A DNA stretch of 63,180 bases, filler included, from Chiloscyllium plagiosum (lineage: Eukaryota), in the NCBI RefSeq assembly GCF_004010195.1. It is 5 parts of one record of this genome, joined end to end, with 100 filler letters (N's around TTAATTAATTAA, not from the genome) between each part and the next. Parts side by side here need not be neighbours in the genome. Positions count along the whole stretch, not along the records: positions 21,522 to 33,696 come from NC_057712.1; positions 33,797 to 47,994 come from NC_057712.1; 3 more parts are not named here. One strand, written 5' to 3'. Made by a program: the position numbers and the translations under genes. Positions 23,955-36,195 of this stretch are shown here, one piece after another; positions within the stretch are counted from its first letter, which is position 1; every line of letters begins with the position of its first letter. Below the pieces are notes generated by a model. That model made no database searches. It saw only the letters and a list, made by a program, of their open reading frames with translations, and was not told where the DNA came from.

Positions 23955-26900
23955 ATAGAACATAGAACAATACAGCACAGAACAGGCCCTTCGGCCCTCG
24001 ATGTTGCGCTGACCTGTGAACTATTCTCAGCTTGTTCCCCTACACTATCCCAAAATCATCCATGTGCTTATCCAAGTTTTGTTTAAATCTCCCTAATGTG
24101 GCTGAGTTAACTACATTGGCAGGCAGGGCATTCCACGCCCTTACCACTCTCTGCGTAAAGAACCTGCCTCTGACATCTGTCTTAAATCTATCAACCCTTA
24201 ATGTGTAGTTATGCCCCCTTGTACAAGCTGATGTCATCATCCTAGGAAAAAGACTTTCACTGTCTACCCTATCTAATCCTCTGATCATCTTGTATGTCTC
24301 TATCAAATCCCCTCTTAATCTTCTTCTTTCCAATGAGAACAGACCCAAGTCTCTCAGTTTTTCCTCATAAGACCTTCCCTCCAGATCAGGCAACATCCTG
24401 GTAAATCTCCTCTGCACCTTTTCCAATGTTTCCACATCCTACCCAAAATATGGCGACCAGAACTGTACACAATATTTCAAATGTGGCTGCACTAGCGTTT
24501 TGTACAGTTGTAGTATGATATTGCGGTTCCGGAACTCAACCTAATGCACTGTATGCCTTCTTAACAGCACTATCCACCCGGGTGGCAACTTTCAAGGATC
24601 TGTGTACATGGACTCCAAGGTCCCTCTGCACATCCACACTACCAAGAATCTTTCCACCGACCCAGTACTCTGCCTTCCTGTTATTCTTCCCAAAGTGCAT
24701 CACCTCACATTTAGCTGCATTGAACACCATTTGCCACCTCTCAGCCCAATTCTGCAGTTTATCCAAGCCTCCCTGCAACCTGTAACATTTTTCCACACTG
24801 ACCACTACTCCACCGACTTTAGTGTCGTCTGCAAATTTACTAATCCATCCACCTATGGCTGCGTCCAAGTCATTTATAAAAATGACAAACAGCAGTGGTC
24901 CCAAAACAGACCCTTGTGGCACACCACTAGTAATCGGACTCCAGGCTGAATATTTTCCATCAATCACCACTCGCTGCCTTCTTTCAGAAAGCCAGTTTCT
25001 AATCCAAACTGCTAAATCACCCTCGATTCCATGCCTCTGCATTTTCTCCAACAACCTACTATGTGGAACCCTATCAAAGACTTTACTGAAGTCCATGTAT
25101 ACCACGACAACTGCCCTACCCTCATCTATATGCTTGGTCACCTTCTCAAAAAACTCAATGGGGTTTGTGAGACACGACCTGCCCTTGACGAAACCATGTT
25201 GACTATGTGAAATCAAATTGTTGCTTGCTAGATGATTATAAATCTTATCTCTTATAATCCTTTCCAAAACCTTTCCTACAACAGAGGTAAGGCTCACTGG
25301 TCTATAATTACCTGGATTATCTCTGCTGCCCTTCTTGAACAAGGGCACAACATTTGCAATCCTCCAGTCCTCAGGTACTAAACCTGTAGAGAATGACGAC
25401 TCAAATATCAAAGCTAAAGGCTCTGCTATCTCCTCCCTAGCTTCCCAGAGAATCCTCGGATAAATACCATCCGGCCCAGGGGACTTGTCTACTTTCACTC
25501 CTTCTGGAATTGATAACACCTGTTCGTAATTAACCTCGATCCTTTCTAGTCTAATATCTCGTATCTCATTCTTCTCCTCTACAATATTCTCCTTTTCCTG
25601 AGTGAAAACCAATGAGAAATATTCATTTAGCACCTCTCTGATCTCCACAGGGTCCACACTCAACTTCCCACTTCTGTCTTTTGACTGGCCCTATTCCTAC
25701 CCGAATCATCCTTTTATTCCTCACATACCTATAGAAAGCTTTAGGGTTCTCCTTTATTCTATTTGCTAAAGACTGCTCATGTCCTCTCTTTGCTCTTCTT
25801 AACTCTCTCTTTAAATCCTTCCTCGCTCATCTGTAACTCTCCATCGCCTCATCTGAACCATCTTGTCTCATCAACACACAAGCCTCCTTCTTCTGTTTAG
25901 CAAGAGATACAATTTCTGTCGTAAACCACAGTTCCCTTACCTTATCACTTCCTCCCTGCCTAACAGGGACATACCTATCAAGGACATGCAATATCTGTTC
26001 CTTAAACCAGCTCCACATTTCCATTGTCTGCATCCCCCATTCTATCCATCCTAATTCTTGCTTAATCACATTATAATTGCCCTTGCCCCGTTGATAACTC
26101 TGGCCCTGTGGCATGTACCAATCCCTTTCCATCGCTAAATTAAACATAACCCAATTATGATCACTCTCTCCAAATTGCTCACCTACCATTAAATCAAGCA
26201 CCTGGCCTGGTTCATTACCAAGCACCAGATCGAGTGTGGCCTCCCCTCTTGTCGGCCCTTTGACATACTGTGTCAGGAAACCCTCCTGTACACATTGGAC
26301 AAAACTGATCCATCTGACGTACTAGAGTTATAGCATTTCCAGTCAATGTTGGGGAAGTTAAAGCCCCCCATAATGACCACCCTGTTCCTTTCACTTCTAC
26401 CCGGAATAATTTTGCCAATCCTCTCTTCCACCTCCCTGGAACTCTGCGGAGGCCTAGAAAAAACTCCCAGCAGTGTGACCTCTCCTCTCCTGTTTCTAAC
26501 CTCAGCCCACACTACCTCAGTAGACGAGCCCCTCGTCAAAAGTTCTCTCAGCCACCGTTATACTATCCTTGACTAACAAGGCCACACCTCCCTCTCTTTT
26601 ACCGGTTTGCCTGTTCTTAATGAAAGATCTGAAGCCTGGAACCTGCAACATCCATTCCTCACCCTGCTTATCCATGTCTCCGAAATGGCCACAACATTGA
26701 AGTCCCAGGTACCTATCCATGCTGCAAGCTCACCAACCTTATTGCGGATACTCCTGGCGTTGAAGTAGACACACTTCAAACCAGTTTGCTGTCTGCCAGC
26801 ACATTCCTGTGACCCTGAAATCCTGTCCCTGTCCTCTCTACTCTCATCCTCCTGTGCACTGCAACTACACCTCAGGTTCCCATCCCCCTGCTGAGCTAGT

Positions 26901-28290
26901 TTAAACCCACCCGAATAGCACCAGCAAATTTCCCACCCAAGTTCAAGGGAAGACCATCCTGTTTGTACAAGTCCCACCTTCCCCAGAATGAACCACAATT
27001 ATCCAAGAACCTGAAACCTTCCCTCCTGCACCATCCTTGCAGCCATGTGTTTAGCTGATATCTCTCCCTATTCCTTGCCTCACTATCACATGGCACCAGT
27101 AACAACCAGAGATAACAACTGTTTGTGCTAGCTCTCAGCTTCCACCCTAGCTCCCTGCCTTACATCCCTATCCCTCTTTCTACCTATGTTGTTGCTACCT
27201 ATATGGACAACGATTACAGGCTGGTCACCCTCTCCCTTCAGGATCCCAAAGATACGATCTGAGACATCACGGACCCTGGCACCTGGGAGGCAACACACCA
27301 ACCGCGAGTCTCGTGCGTTCCCTACAAACCTTCTATCGGAGCCTCTTACTGTTGAGTCCCCAATGACTAACACTCTCCTCATTTCCCTCCTTCCCTAATG
27401 TGCACCAGGGACAGACTCTGTGCGAGAGACCTGGGTCACACTGCATACCCCTGGTAAGTTGTCCCCCTCAACAGTATCCAAAACTGTATACATGTTTTTC
27501 AGGGGAACAACCACAGGGGATCCTCCACTGACTTTTTTTTCCCCTTCGAACAGTCACCCAGCTTTCTTCGTGCCTCAGACTAACTACTTCCCTGGAACTC
27601 TTCATAAAAGCAAATTACTGCGGATGCTGGAATCTGAAACCAAAAAAGAGAAAATGCTGGAAAATCTCAGCAAGTCTGGCAGCATCTGTAAGGAGAGAAA
27701 AGAGCTTTGACAAACGGTCAGTTAGACTTGAAACATCAGCTCTTTTCTCTCTTTACAGATGCTGCCAGACTTGCTGAGATTTTCCAGCATTTTCTCTTTT
27801 TTGGTCCCTGTAACTCCTATCTGTCACAGCCTCTGCCCCCCGAATGATCCGAAGTTCATCCAGCTCCCGGTCCAGTTCCCTAACACAGTCTTGGAGGAAC
27901 GCGAGTTGGGTGCACCTCCTGCAGATGTACTTGGATGGGACACTATTGGTGTCCCTGACCTCAAACATCCTGCAGGAGGAACATTGCTCTCCCTGCACTG
28001 CCATCCCTGCTAGTTTCCTTGCTACAAATTAAAAAATACTGACTTATATAGCTGGACGGAAATAAAAATAAGAAATCCCTCATTTCCCAGAAACCTCTAC
28101 TCTCTGATTTCAAATATAAAAGCTCAAATCAGTGACTCACTGCTCCCGGCAGACCCCTGGTCCAAGCTCCCACCCTTCGAGTTGCTGCTGCCGCTGAAAA
28201 ACAGAAGTGGAGGACTCCCGCGCTCGAGGTAAGTTTTTAAAGATTCAAATCAGTGACTCACTGCTCCCGGCAGGCCCCTGTCCAGCTCTA
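23955..28290 (-). mobile_element. Near full-length CR1 LINE (5' UTR, ORF1 Zn-finger/leucine zipper/SGNH esterase, ORF2 APE+RT, tail), frameshifted
   Basis: ORF1 MAVQGEQCSSC..., VIGDSTVRG; ORF2 YFNARSIRNK, 375-aa RT segment 24536-25663; tail at 23955. Confidence 0.95.
27604..27804. mobile_element. Palindromic PLE mini-element (family 2)
   Basis: Inverted arms aaaatgctggaaaatctcagcaagtctggcagcatctg; TSD tccctgKaactc; degenerate ribozyme at the centre. Confidence 0.8.
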
Positions 28291-28699
28291 TCAGCAAGTG
28301 CTCCCTAAACAGCCTCCACATTTCTGTTGTTCATTCCCCGAGAACATCTGTTCCCAATTTATGCTGAACAGTTCCTGCCTAATAGCATTGTAATTCCCCC
28401 TCCCCAAAATAAGTACTTTCCCATGCCATCTACTCCAATCCCTCTCAATGAGTATAGTACAGGTTAGGGAGTTATGATCACTTTAACCAAAATGTTCTCC
28501 CACTGAGACATCTGACACCTGACGTGGTTCGTCGCCAAGCATCAAATCCAATACGGCCTCTGCTCTAGTCGGCCTTTCTACATATTGAGTCAGGAATCTT
28601 TCCTGGACATTGGAATCTCCAATCACTTTTTATTTCAGACATTCTGGCTACCTATTCAGGTACTGGCGAAAGGCTCCACTCCACTTCTTGAGACAAGTG

Positions 28700-29465
28700 T
28701 CAGAGAGTCATACAACATGGAAACAGACCTTTGGGTCCAACTCATCTGTGCTGACCAGATATCCTAAACTGAACTAATCCAATTTGCCAGGATTTAGCCC
28801 ATATCTCTCTAAACCCTTCCTATTCATACACCCATCCAAATGCCTTTTAAATTCTGTAATTGTACCAGCCTCCACTACTTCCTCTGGCAGCTCATTTCAT
28901 ACACGTAACACCCTCTGCGTGAAAAAGTTGCCCCTTAGGTCCATTTTAAATGTTGCCCCTCTCACCCTAAACCTATACCCATCCCCTGGGGAAAAGGGCC
29001 TTGTCTACTTATCCTAACCAATTGCCTCATGATTTTATAAACCTCTATAAGGTCACCCCTCAGCCTCTGACGCTCCAGGGAAAACAGCCCTAGCCTCTCC
29101 TGATAACTCAAACCATCCAATCTTAGTAACATTCTTGTAAATCCTTTTTGCATCCTTTCCAGTTCAATAACATCCTTTCTCAAGCAGTACAACCCGAATT
29201 GTTTGCAGAACTCCAAATGTGGCCGTATTAATGTCTTGTGTCGCTGGAACATAACGTCCCAACTCCTGTACTCAATGACATAAGGGAAGAGAAGTGTGTC
29301 AAACATCTTCAACACCCTGCCACTTTCAAGGAACTATGTACTTGAACCTCTGTTCGACAACACTCCCCAGGGCCTTACCATTAATTGTGCAACTCCTGCC
29401 CTGGTTTGTCCAGCCAAAATGCAACACCTTGCGTTTATCTGAATTAAACTGCATCTGCTACTCTT
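28700..29465 (-). mobile_element. CR1 3' portion
   Basis: RPHLEFC, RLRGDLIEVYKIM; tail. Confidence 0.85.
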
Positions 29466-29754
29466 TAGTGTCCACTGGCTGTTCTTAATGGAACTGTTTG
29501 ATGTATCAGAAACTGAGCATCATTTGGATTGTGTTGCCTGTGCGATAATGAATCATCAGCCTATCTTCCACGTGAAGAAGAGCTTACAGTGAATCATCAG
29601 CTGGGTCTACATCTCTCCTCATTGTCCACTGTCAATGGAAACCACAACAGGGATGGAAGCAATTTGCTGCACCATTCCCTATTGCACATGACCACACAAA
29701 GCCATAGTTCCCCTGATTTGGGCTGAGCCGTGGTCTGAACGTAGACCTGTCAGC

Positions 29755-30110
29755 GTGCACTTACTGATGTCAATGACCAGCTCCTTCATTTTGCTGATAT
29801 TTAGGGAGAGATTGTTGTCTTTACATCATGCCATGAAGCTCTCTATCTCTTTCCTGTCCTCTGTGTCATCGTTGTTTGAGATCTGATTCACTACAGTGGT
29901 GTCATCAGTAAATTTGTAAATGAAGTTGGACCATAATTAGGTCACACAGTTATGATGAATAAAATAATTGTGTGTTCTTGTTAACCAGATGTTCCAGGGA
30001 TGGGGTGTAGAGGTGGGGAGATAGTGCCTGGACCTATTGTGACGGTAGGAAAATTGTAGTGGATCAAGCAGTCTGGGAGGCTGGAGGTGATGTGTGTCAT
30101 TACTAACCTA
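29755..30110 (-). mobile_element. Rex1/Babar LINE RT fragment
   Basis: Reverse strand YKFTDDTTVV, NNLSLNISKMKELVID. Confidence 0.7.
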
Positions 30111-30235
30111 ACTTAATTATCTAACCTAACTTAACTATCTTAATTCCTCCCCAAAATTCTTTAGTATTAATGGAACATTCCAAGTGTCTTCCACTGTAAA
30201 GAGAGATGTTTAAATCCCCTGCCATTTGCCTCTTC

Positions 30236-31530
30236 ACAGAAACATACAAAATCAGAGAAGTAGGCCATTCGGCCTGCCCCATTATGGCTGATCATGCAGA
30301 CTCAGTGTCCCATTCCTGCCCTCTCCCCAAATCCCTTAATACCGTTAGCCCCAAGGGCCATGTCCAGCTCCTTCTTGAATCTATTGAATAAACTCCCCCC
30401 GATAGCTTCCTGTGGGAGAGAATTCTGCAGATTCACAGCTCTCTGAGGGATGACATTCTTCCTCATTCAGTCCTGAATGGCTTACTCCTTATTCTGAGAC
30501 TGTGACCCCTAGTTGTGGTCTTCCCCAATATCAGGAACATACTTCCTACATCTAGCCTGTCTAGTCCCATCAGGATTTTATATATTTCTATGAGATCCCC
30601 CTAATTCTTCTGAATTTCAGTGAGTACAAGCTTAGTTGATTCAGTCTTTTCTCATACATCATTCCTGCCATCCCGGGTATCAGGCTGGTGAACCTTCACT
30701 GGACTCTGTCAATAACAAGAATGTCCTTCCTCAGACTCGGAGACCAAAGCTCCAGGCAATACTCAAGATGTGGCCTCACCAAGGCCCTGTATAACTGCAG
30801 CAAGATATCCTGACTCCCATACCCCAATCCTCTCACTATGAAGGCAAGCATGGCATTAGCTTTCGTTACTGCCCGCTGCACCTGCGCGCCAACCTTCAGT
30901 GACTGTTCTACCATGACACCCAGGTCTCGCTGCACCCTCACCTTTTCCTAAACTGCCTCCGTTCAGACAATAATCTGCCTTCCTGTTTTTGTGATCAAAG
31001 TGGATAACCTCACATTGATCCACATTATATTGCATTTGCCGTCTCAGCCAGTCTGCCCAAGTCACCCTGCAGCCTCTTATCATCTTTCTCACAGCACACA
31101 CTGCCACCCAGCTTAGTGTCATCTGCACTTTGGAGATACGGCATTCAATTCCTTTGTCCAAATTGCTCATGTATATTGTGAACAACTGGGGTCCCAGCAC
31201 TGAGTCCTACGGTCCCCCACTCACCACTGCCTGCCACTCTGAAAAGGACCGGTTTATTCCAGCTCTCTGCTTCCTATTTGCCAACCAGTGCTCTATCCGT
31301 GTCAATAATTACCTCCGATACCATGATTTTAATTTTAAAACTTCCTCACTAATCTCTTATGTAGACTCTTGTCAAAAGCCTTTTGAAAGTCCAAGTACAC
31401 AACACTTACTGATTCACCCTTGTCTACTCCACGAGTCTCATCCTCAAATAATTCCAGAAGGTTTGACAAACATGATTTCCCTTTAGTGAATCCATACTGA
31501 TCAGAACCGATTCTATCACCGCTTTCCAAA
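30236..31530 (-). mobile_element. CR1 RT to 3' region (different subfamily)
   Basis: YLDFQKAFDK, LGPQLFTIY, RPHLEYC; ggccgaatggcctac hairpin. Confidence 0.9.
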
Positions 31531-31544
31531 CGCTGAAGGGAGCA

Positions 31545-32840
31545 TGTGCGTGTGTCCCAGACGTATTCTCCAAAACATTCTGCCAGCCTGCGTCCTGTCT
31601 CCCCAGTGCAGAAGAGAATGCACTGAGAGCAATGGACACAGGAGATGATGTGTGTGGAAGTACAGGTATATCTCTGTCAGGTGTGGAAGGAGCCTTTGGG
31701 GCCTTAGACGGAGGTGAGGGAAGAGGTGTGGGTGCAGGTTTTATACTTCTTGCGGTGGAAGGGGAAGGTGCCAGGAGGGGAGGGTGATTTGGTGGGAACC
31801 GTGGACCTCACAAGGGAGCCGTGGAGGGAATGGTTTCTGCGGAACTCAGGGGTGGAGAGGGAAATATATCCTGGTGGTGGGGTCAATTTGTAGGTGGTGA
31901 AAATGGCAAAGTGTGCTGCAATGTATATGGAGGTTAGTGGGTGGAAGCTGAGGAGTGGAGGGGTTCTGTTCTTGATGTGATTGGAGGGGTGGGCTTTGAG
32001 GGCAGAGGTACAGGAAGTGAAGGAGATGCACTGGAGAGCATCGTCAACCACGTGAGAGGAGAAGAACGAGATCATCTGGGATGTTCTATGGTGGAATTGG
32101 TCCTTCTGGGAGCAGATGTGGCGGAGGCAGAAGAATTGTGTGTAAGGGATAGTGTTTATACAGGAGGTAGGGTGAGAGGAGGTGTAGTCCAGGTAGCTGT
32201 GGGAGTCAATTGGTTTGAAGTACATGTCCATGTTGAGTCGGTCACAGGAAATGGAGATGGAGAGGTTCAGGAAGGGGAGGGAGGGAGGTGTCCGAGATGG
32301 TCCAGGTGAATTTGAGGTCAGGGTGGGAGGTGTTGGTGAAGTTGATGGACTGTTCAACCTCCTTGCGGGAGCATGAAGTGGTGCCGATGCAGTCATCAAT
32401 GTAGCGGAGGAAGAGGTGAGGAGTGGTGCCGGTGTAACTACGGAAGATGGACTGTTCCATGTACCCAGAGTCAAGATTAGAGTGGTGCTGGAAAAGCACA
32501 GCAGGTCAGGCAGCATCCAAGTAGCAGGACTGTCTGACCTGCTGTGCTTTTCTAGCACCTCTTTAATCTAGACTCTGATCTCCAGCATCTGCAGTCCTCA
32601 CTTTCGCCTGTTCCATGTACCCGACAAAGAGGCAGGCATAGCTGGGGCCCGTGCGGGTGCCCACGTCTACCCCTTTGTTCAGGAGGAAGTGGGAGGATTA
32701 GAAGGAGAAATTATTGAGGTTGAGGACCAGTTCAGCCATTCCGATGAGTGTGTCAGTGGAAGGGTATGGGTTGGGCCGGCAGGAGAGGAAGAAATGAAGG
32801 GCTTGGAGGCCTTCATCATGGTGGATAAATGTGTACAGGA
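31545..32840 (-). mobile_element. Penelope-like element reverse transcriptase fragment
   Basis: FLRYIDDCIG, LKFT, YFKPIDSHSYLDYTSSHP, IPYTQF across frameshifts. Confidence 0.9.
32467..32607. mobile_element. Palindromic PLE mini-element inserted in the PLE RT
   Basis: 15-bp TSD ctgttccatgtaccc at 32452-32466 and 32608-32622. Confidence 0.85.
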
Positions 32841-32844
32841 ACTG

Positions 32845-33210
32845 TCCTGTATGGCACTGGACAGGTTAGATGTGGGAAGAGTGTTCCTCATGTTGGGGAA
32901 GTCCAGAACTAGGGGTCACAGTCTCAGAATAAGGGGTAAGCCAGTCAGGACTGAGATGAGGAAGAATTTCTTCCCTCAGAGAGTTGTGGACCTGTGGAAT
33001 TCTCTCCCAAGGAAGCCTTGAGGTCAGTTCATTAGATAGATTCAAGAGGGAGCTGGACATAGCCGTTGTGCATAAAGGGATTAAGGAATATGGGGAGATG
33101 GTGGGAATGGGACACTGAAACTGCATGATCAGCTATGATCATATTGAATGGTGGGGCAGGTTCAAAGGGCTGAATGGCCTACTCCTACCCTGACTTTCTA
33201 TGTTTTTCTA
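32845..33210 (+). mobile_element. CR1 3' end
   Basis: RTRGHSLRIRG, NFFPQRVVDLWN. Confidence 0.85.
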
Positions 33211-33415
33211 CAACTTCTCTCCAATAGTTTCCCAACCATTGATGTGAGACTTACCGATCTATCATTTCCTGGATTTTCCCAATTTCCCTCCTTGAACAGA
33301 GGAACAACAGTAGCTACTCACCAGTCCTCTGGGACTTCTCCAGTGGCCAGTGAGGATACAGAGATCTTGGTCAAGACCCCAGCAATTTCCTCTCTTGCCT
33401 CTCTCAATAACCAGG

Positions 33416-33696
33416 GGTTCAAAGTTTGTGAGAAGATTTGTAGCTCGGGTGCTCGTTGCTGTGGTTCTGTTCGCCGAGCTGGAAGTTTTTGTTGCAAACG
33501 TTTCGTCCCCTGTCTAAGTGACATCCTCAGTGCTTGGGAGCCTCCTGTGAAGCGCTTCTGTGGTGTTTCCTCCGGCATTTATAGTGGCCTGTCCCTGCCG
33601 CTTCCGGTTGTCAGTTTCAGCTGTCCACTGTAGTGGCCGCTATATTGGGTCCAGGTCGATGTGTTTGTTGATGGAGTTTGTGGATGAATGCCATGC
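33416..33696 (-). mobile_element. Penelope-like element 3' end / pseudo-LTR (family 3)
   Basis: Reverse strand AWHSSTNSINKHIDLDPI (GIY-YIG C-terminus), TATAAA, hammerhead motif. Confidence 0.8.
33494..33533 (-). ncRNA. Minimal type I hammerhead ribozyme
   Basis: Reverse complement GCA-CTGAGGA-T-GTC-acttagacaggg-GAC-GAAA-CGTT-TGC: stem I GCA/TGC, stem II GTC/GAC. Confidence 0.75.
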
Positions 33697-33796
33697 NNNN
33701 NNNNNNNNNNNNNNNNNNNNNNNNNNNNNNNNNNNNNNNNTTAATTAATTAANNNNNNNNNNNNNNNNNNNNNNNNNNNNNNNNNNNNNNNNNNNN
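33697..33796. other. Artificial contig linker
   Basis: N44-TTAATTAATTAA-N44. Confidence 0.95.
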
Positions 33797-34522
33797 AGGT
33801 TGAGAGGTGACTTAATAGAGACATATAAGATAATCAGAGGGTTAGATAGGGTGGACAGGGAGAGCCTTTTTCCAAGTATGGGGACGGCAAACAAGAGGGG
33901 ACACAACTTTAAAGTGAGTGGAGATAGGTATAAGACAGATGTCAGAGGTAGTTTCTTTACTCAGAGGTTAGTAAGGGTATGGAATGCTTTGCCTGCAACA
34001 GTAGTAGATTCACCAAGTTTAAGTGCATTTAAGTTGTCATTGGACAAGCACATGGACGTACATGAATAGTGTAGGTGGGATGGGCTTCAGATTAGTATGA
34101 CAGGGCGGCGCAACTTCAAGGGCCGAAGGGCCTGTACTGCGCTGTAATGTTCTATGTTCTAATACATGGCTTAGAAAGGGTGGACGCTGGGAAATTATTT
34201 CCAAAAGGCGAGGATACTAGGACCCGTGGGCACAGCCTTAGAACTAGAGGGGATCAATTTAGAATGGAAATGAGGAGACATTTCTTCAGCCAGAGAGTAG
34301 TGGGTCTGTGGAATTCATTGCCACAGAGCGCAGTGGAGGCTGGGATGTTAAATGTCTTCAAGGCAGAGATTGATAAATTCTTGATCTTGCAAGGAATTAA
34401 AGGATATGGGGAGAGTGTGGGTAAGTGACGTTGAAAAGCCCATCAGCCATGACTGAATGGCAGTGCGGACTCGATGGGTCGAATGGCCTTACTTCCACCC
34501 CTACTTTTTATGGTTCTTATGT
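33797..34522 (+). mobile_element. Two consecutive CR1 3' ends (different subfamilies)
   Basis: Two FFxQRxV..WN frames, each with its own hairpin and tail. Confidence 0.85.
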
Positions 34523-34929
34523 ATTAAAATAAATACATTTCAGACTGTCAGCCCCATTGTGTTCATTAACCTGGGAGCCCTACCTGTTCTTCTGATTTAA
34601 GTCACTTAAGTCGACTTTCTCCTCAATCACTCCACACGATGACCTATTGTTCTTTTTCCCAGTCCCCTATCACATTAGTTTAAATCCTCCCTTGTGTCAC
34701 AAACAAAGCTCCCATCCAGTTTACGTGTAACGCATCCTTCTTGAACAGGTCCCACTTACCCTGGAGGAGATCCCAATATCTGAAGCTCTCCATCTGACAC
34801 CAGCTCTTTAGCACACATCGAACTTGAATATCTTCCTATTTTGGGCCCCACTGATATGCAAGTGAGGGAGTAATTCTGAAACTAAGGAAGAAAATTCTGA
34901 AGGAGAGAATTCATATCCCTTGGATCTAT

Positions 34930-36025
34930 TAGGGATAGTCAGCATGGCTTTGTCAGAGGGAGGGTATGCTTTACAAATTTGTGAGCAGTTTTTGAAAATG
35001 TGATCAAGTGTGTGGATGAGGGAAGTTCAGTTGATGGATTTAACCAAAGCTTTTGACAAAGTCCCACATAAGAGACTGATTTGAGCACATGGATTTCAGG
35101 GAAACTTGGTGAGATGGCTCAGAAACTGGCTCAGTAATTGGACAAGAAGGGGAGTGATAGAAGCTGTTCAACTGACTGCAGGCCAGTGTCCAGTGGTATA
35201 CCACTATGATCAATACTGGGACCCTTATTGTTTGCTATGTACATAAATTATAGAGATGAAAATGTGGGGGGAAGAATAAGCAAATTTGCAGATGACACCA
35301 AGATTGGTCGACTGGTTAATAGTGAAGAAGATGGTTGTATATTACAGGAAGACATAAATGGGTTGGTAGGATGGGCAAGGTAAAAACAATGACTGCAGAT
35401 GCTGAAAACCAGATTCTGGATTAGTGATGCTGGAAGAGCACAGCAGTTCAGGCAGCATCCAAGGAGCAGCAAAATCGACGTTTCGGGCAAAAGCCCTTCA
35501 TCAGGAATAAAGACAGAGAGCCTGAAGCGTGGAGAGATAAGCTAGAGGAGGGTTGGGGTGGGGAGAAAGTAGCATGGAATACAATAGGTCAGTGGGGGAG
35601 GGGATGAAGGAACCCCAGGGCATTAATGTGGACTTCAACAGTTTCCTCATTTCCCCTTCCCCCACCTCACCCCAGGCTTCTCAGATGCTGCCTGACCTGC
35701 TGTGCTTTTCCAGCACCACTCTAATCTAGACTCTGATCTCCAGCATCTGCAGTCCTTACTTTCACATAGGTTTAGAGTAAGGGGTAGCAGATTTAGAAGG
35801 AAGTTTAGACAAAAGTGTTTTCACTTAGAGGGTAGATACAGGAATACACTGCCTGGGAAGGTAGTGGACACTGGAAATCTTATAATCTTTAAAAAAGGTT
35901 TGGTTGAGCACTTGAAATATCAAAACATTTGAGGAAATGGTACTAGCACAGGAAATTGGGATTTGCGCATCTTTAGTGGTAGTTCTAGTCATTGCAGACT
36001 CGATGGGCCGAAGGCCTTTGCTGCG
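34930..36025 (+). mobile_element. Degenerate CR1 RT to 3' region, interrupted by PLE pieces
   Basis: KAFDKVPH and KFADDTK remnants; 3' hairpin at about 36005. Confidence 0.8.
35377..35766. mobile_element. PLE terminal insertion in inverted arrangement; intact hammerhead core 35477-35504 (-)
   Basis: Reverse complement CTGATGAAGGGCTTTTGCCCGAAACGTC; includes a + strand PQGINVDFNSFLIS PLE C-terminal remnant. Confidence 0.8.
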
Positions 36026-36097
36026 CCGAGAACAAAGAACTGTTTCAACTTCTTGTTATTACAAGTGACTTGATAGGTCTACTTAGCAGTATCACAA

Positions 36098-36195
36098 CAT
36101 AATCAGAAATTGCTGGAGAAACTTAGTAGGCCCGGCAGCATCTCTGAGAAGAAAGCAGAATTAACATTTCGAGTCTGGTGGCTTTTCGTCAGTAC
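36098..36195 (-). mobile_element. PLE mini-element (family 2), degenerate
   Basis: Reverse complement ctgacgaaaagccaccagactcgaaatgtt...gatgctgcc. Confidence 0.65.

Noticed and set aside
24536..25663. RT ORFs as a retron, group II intron or novel RT system
   Set aside because: Motifs, APE domain, ORF1 and 3' tails identify ordinary CR1 LINE ORF2
28639..28660. Micro-exon-like tttcag/acattctggctacctattcag/gtactg as the next RTKN exon
   Set aside because: The peptide DILATYS does not match the expected rhotekin sequence, the donor is weak, and it lies beyond a linker
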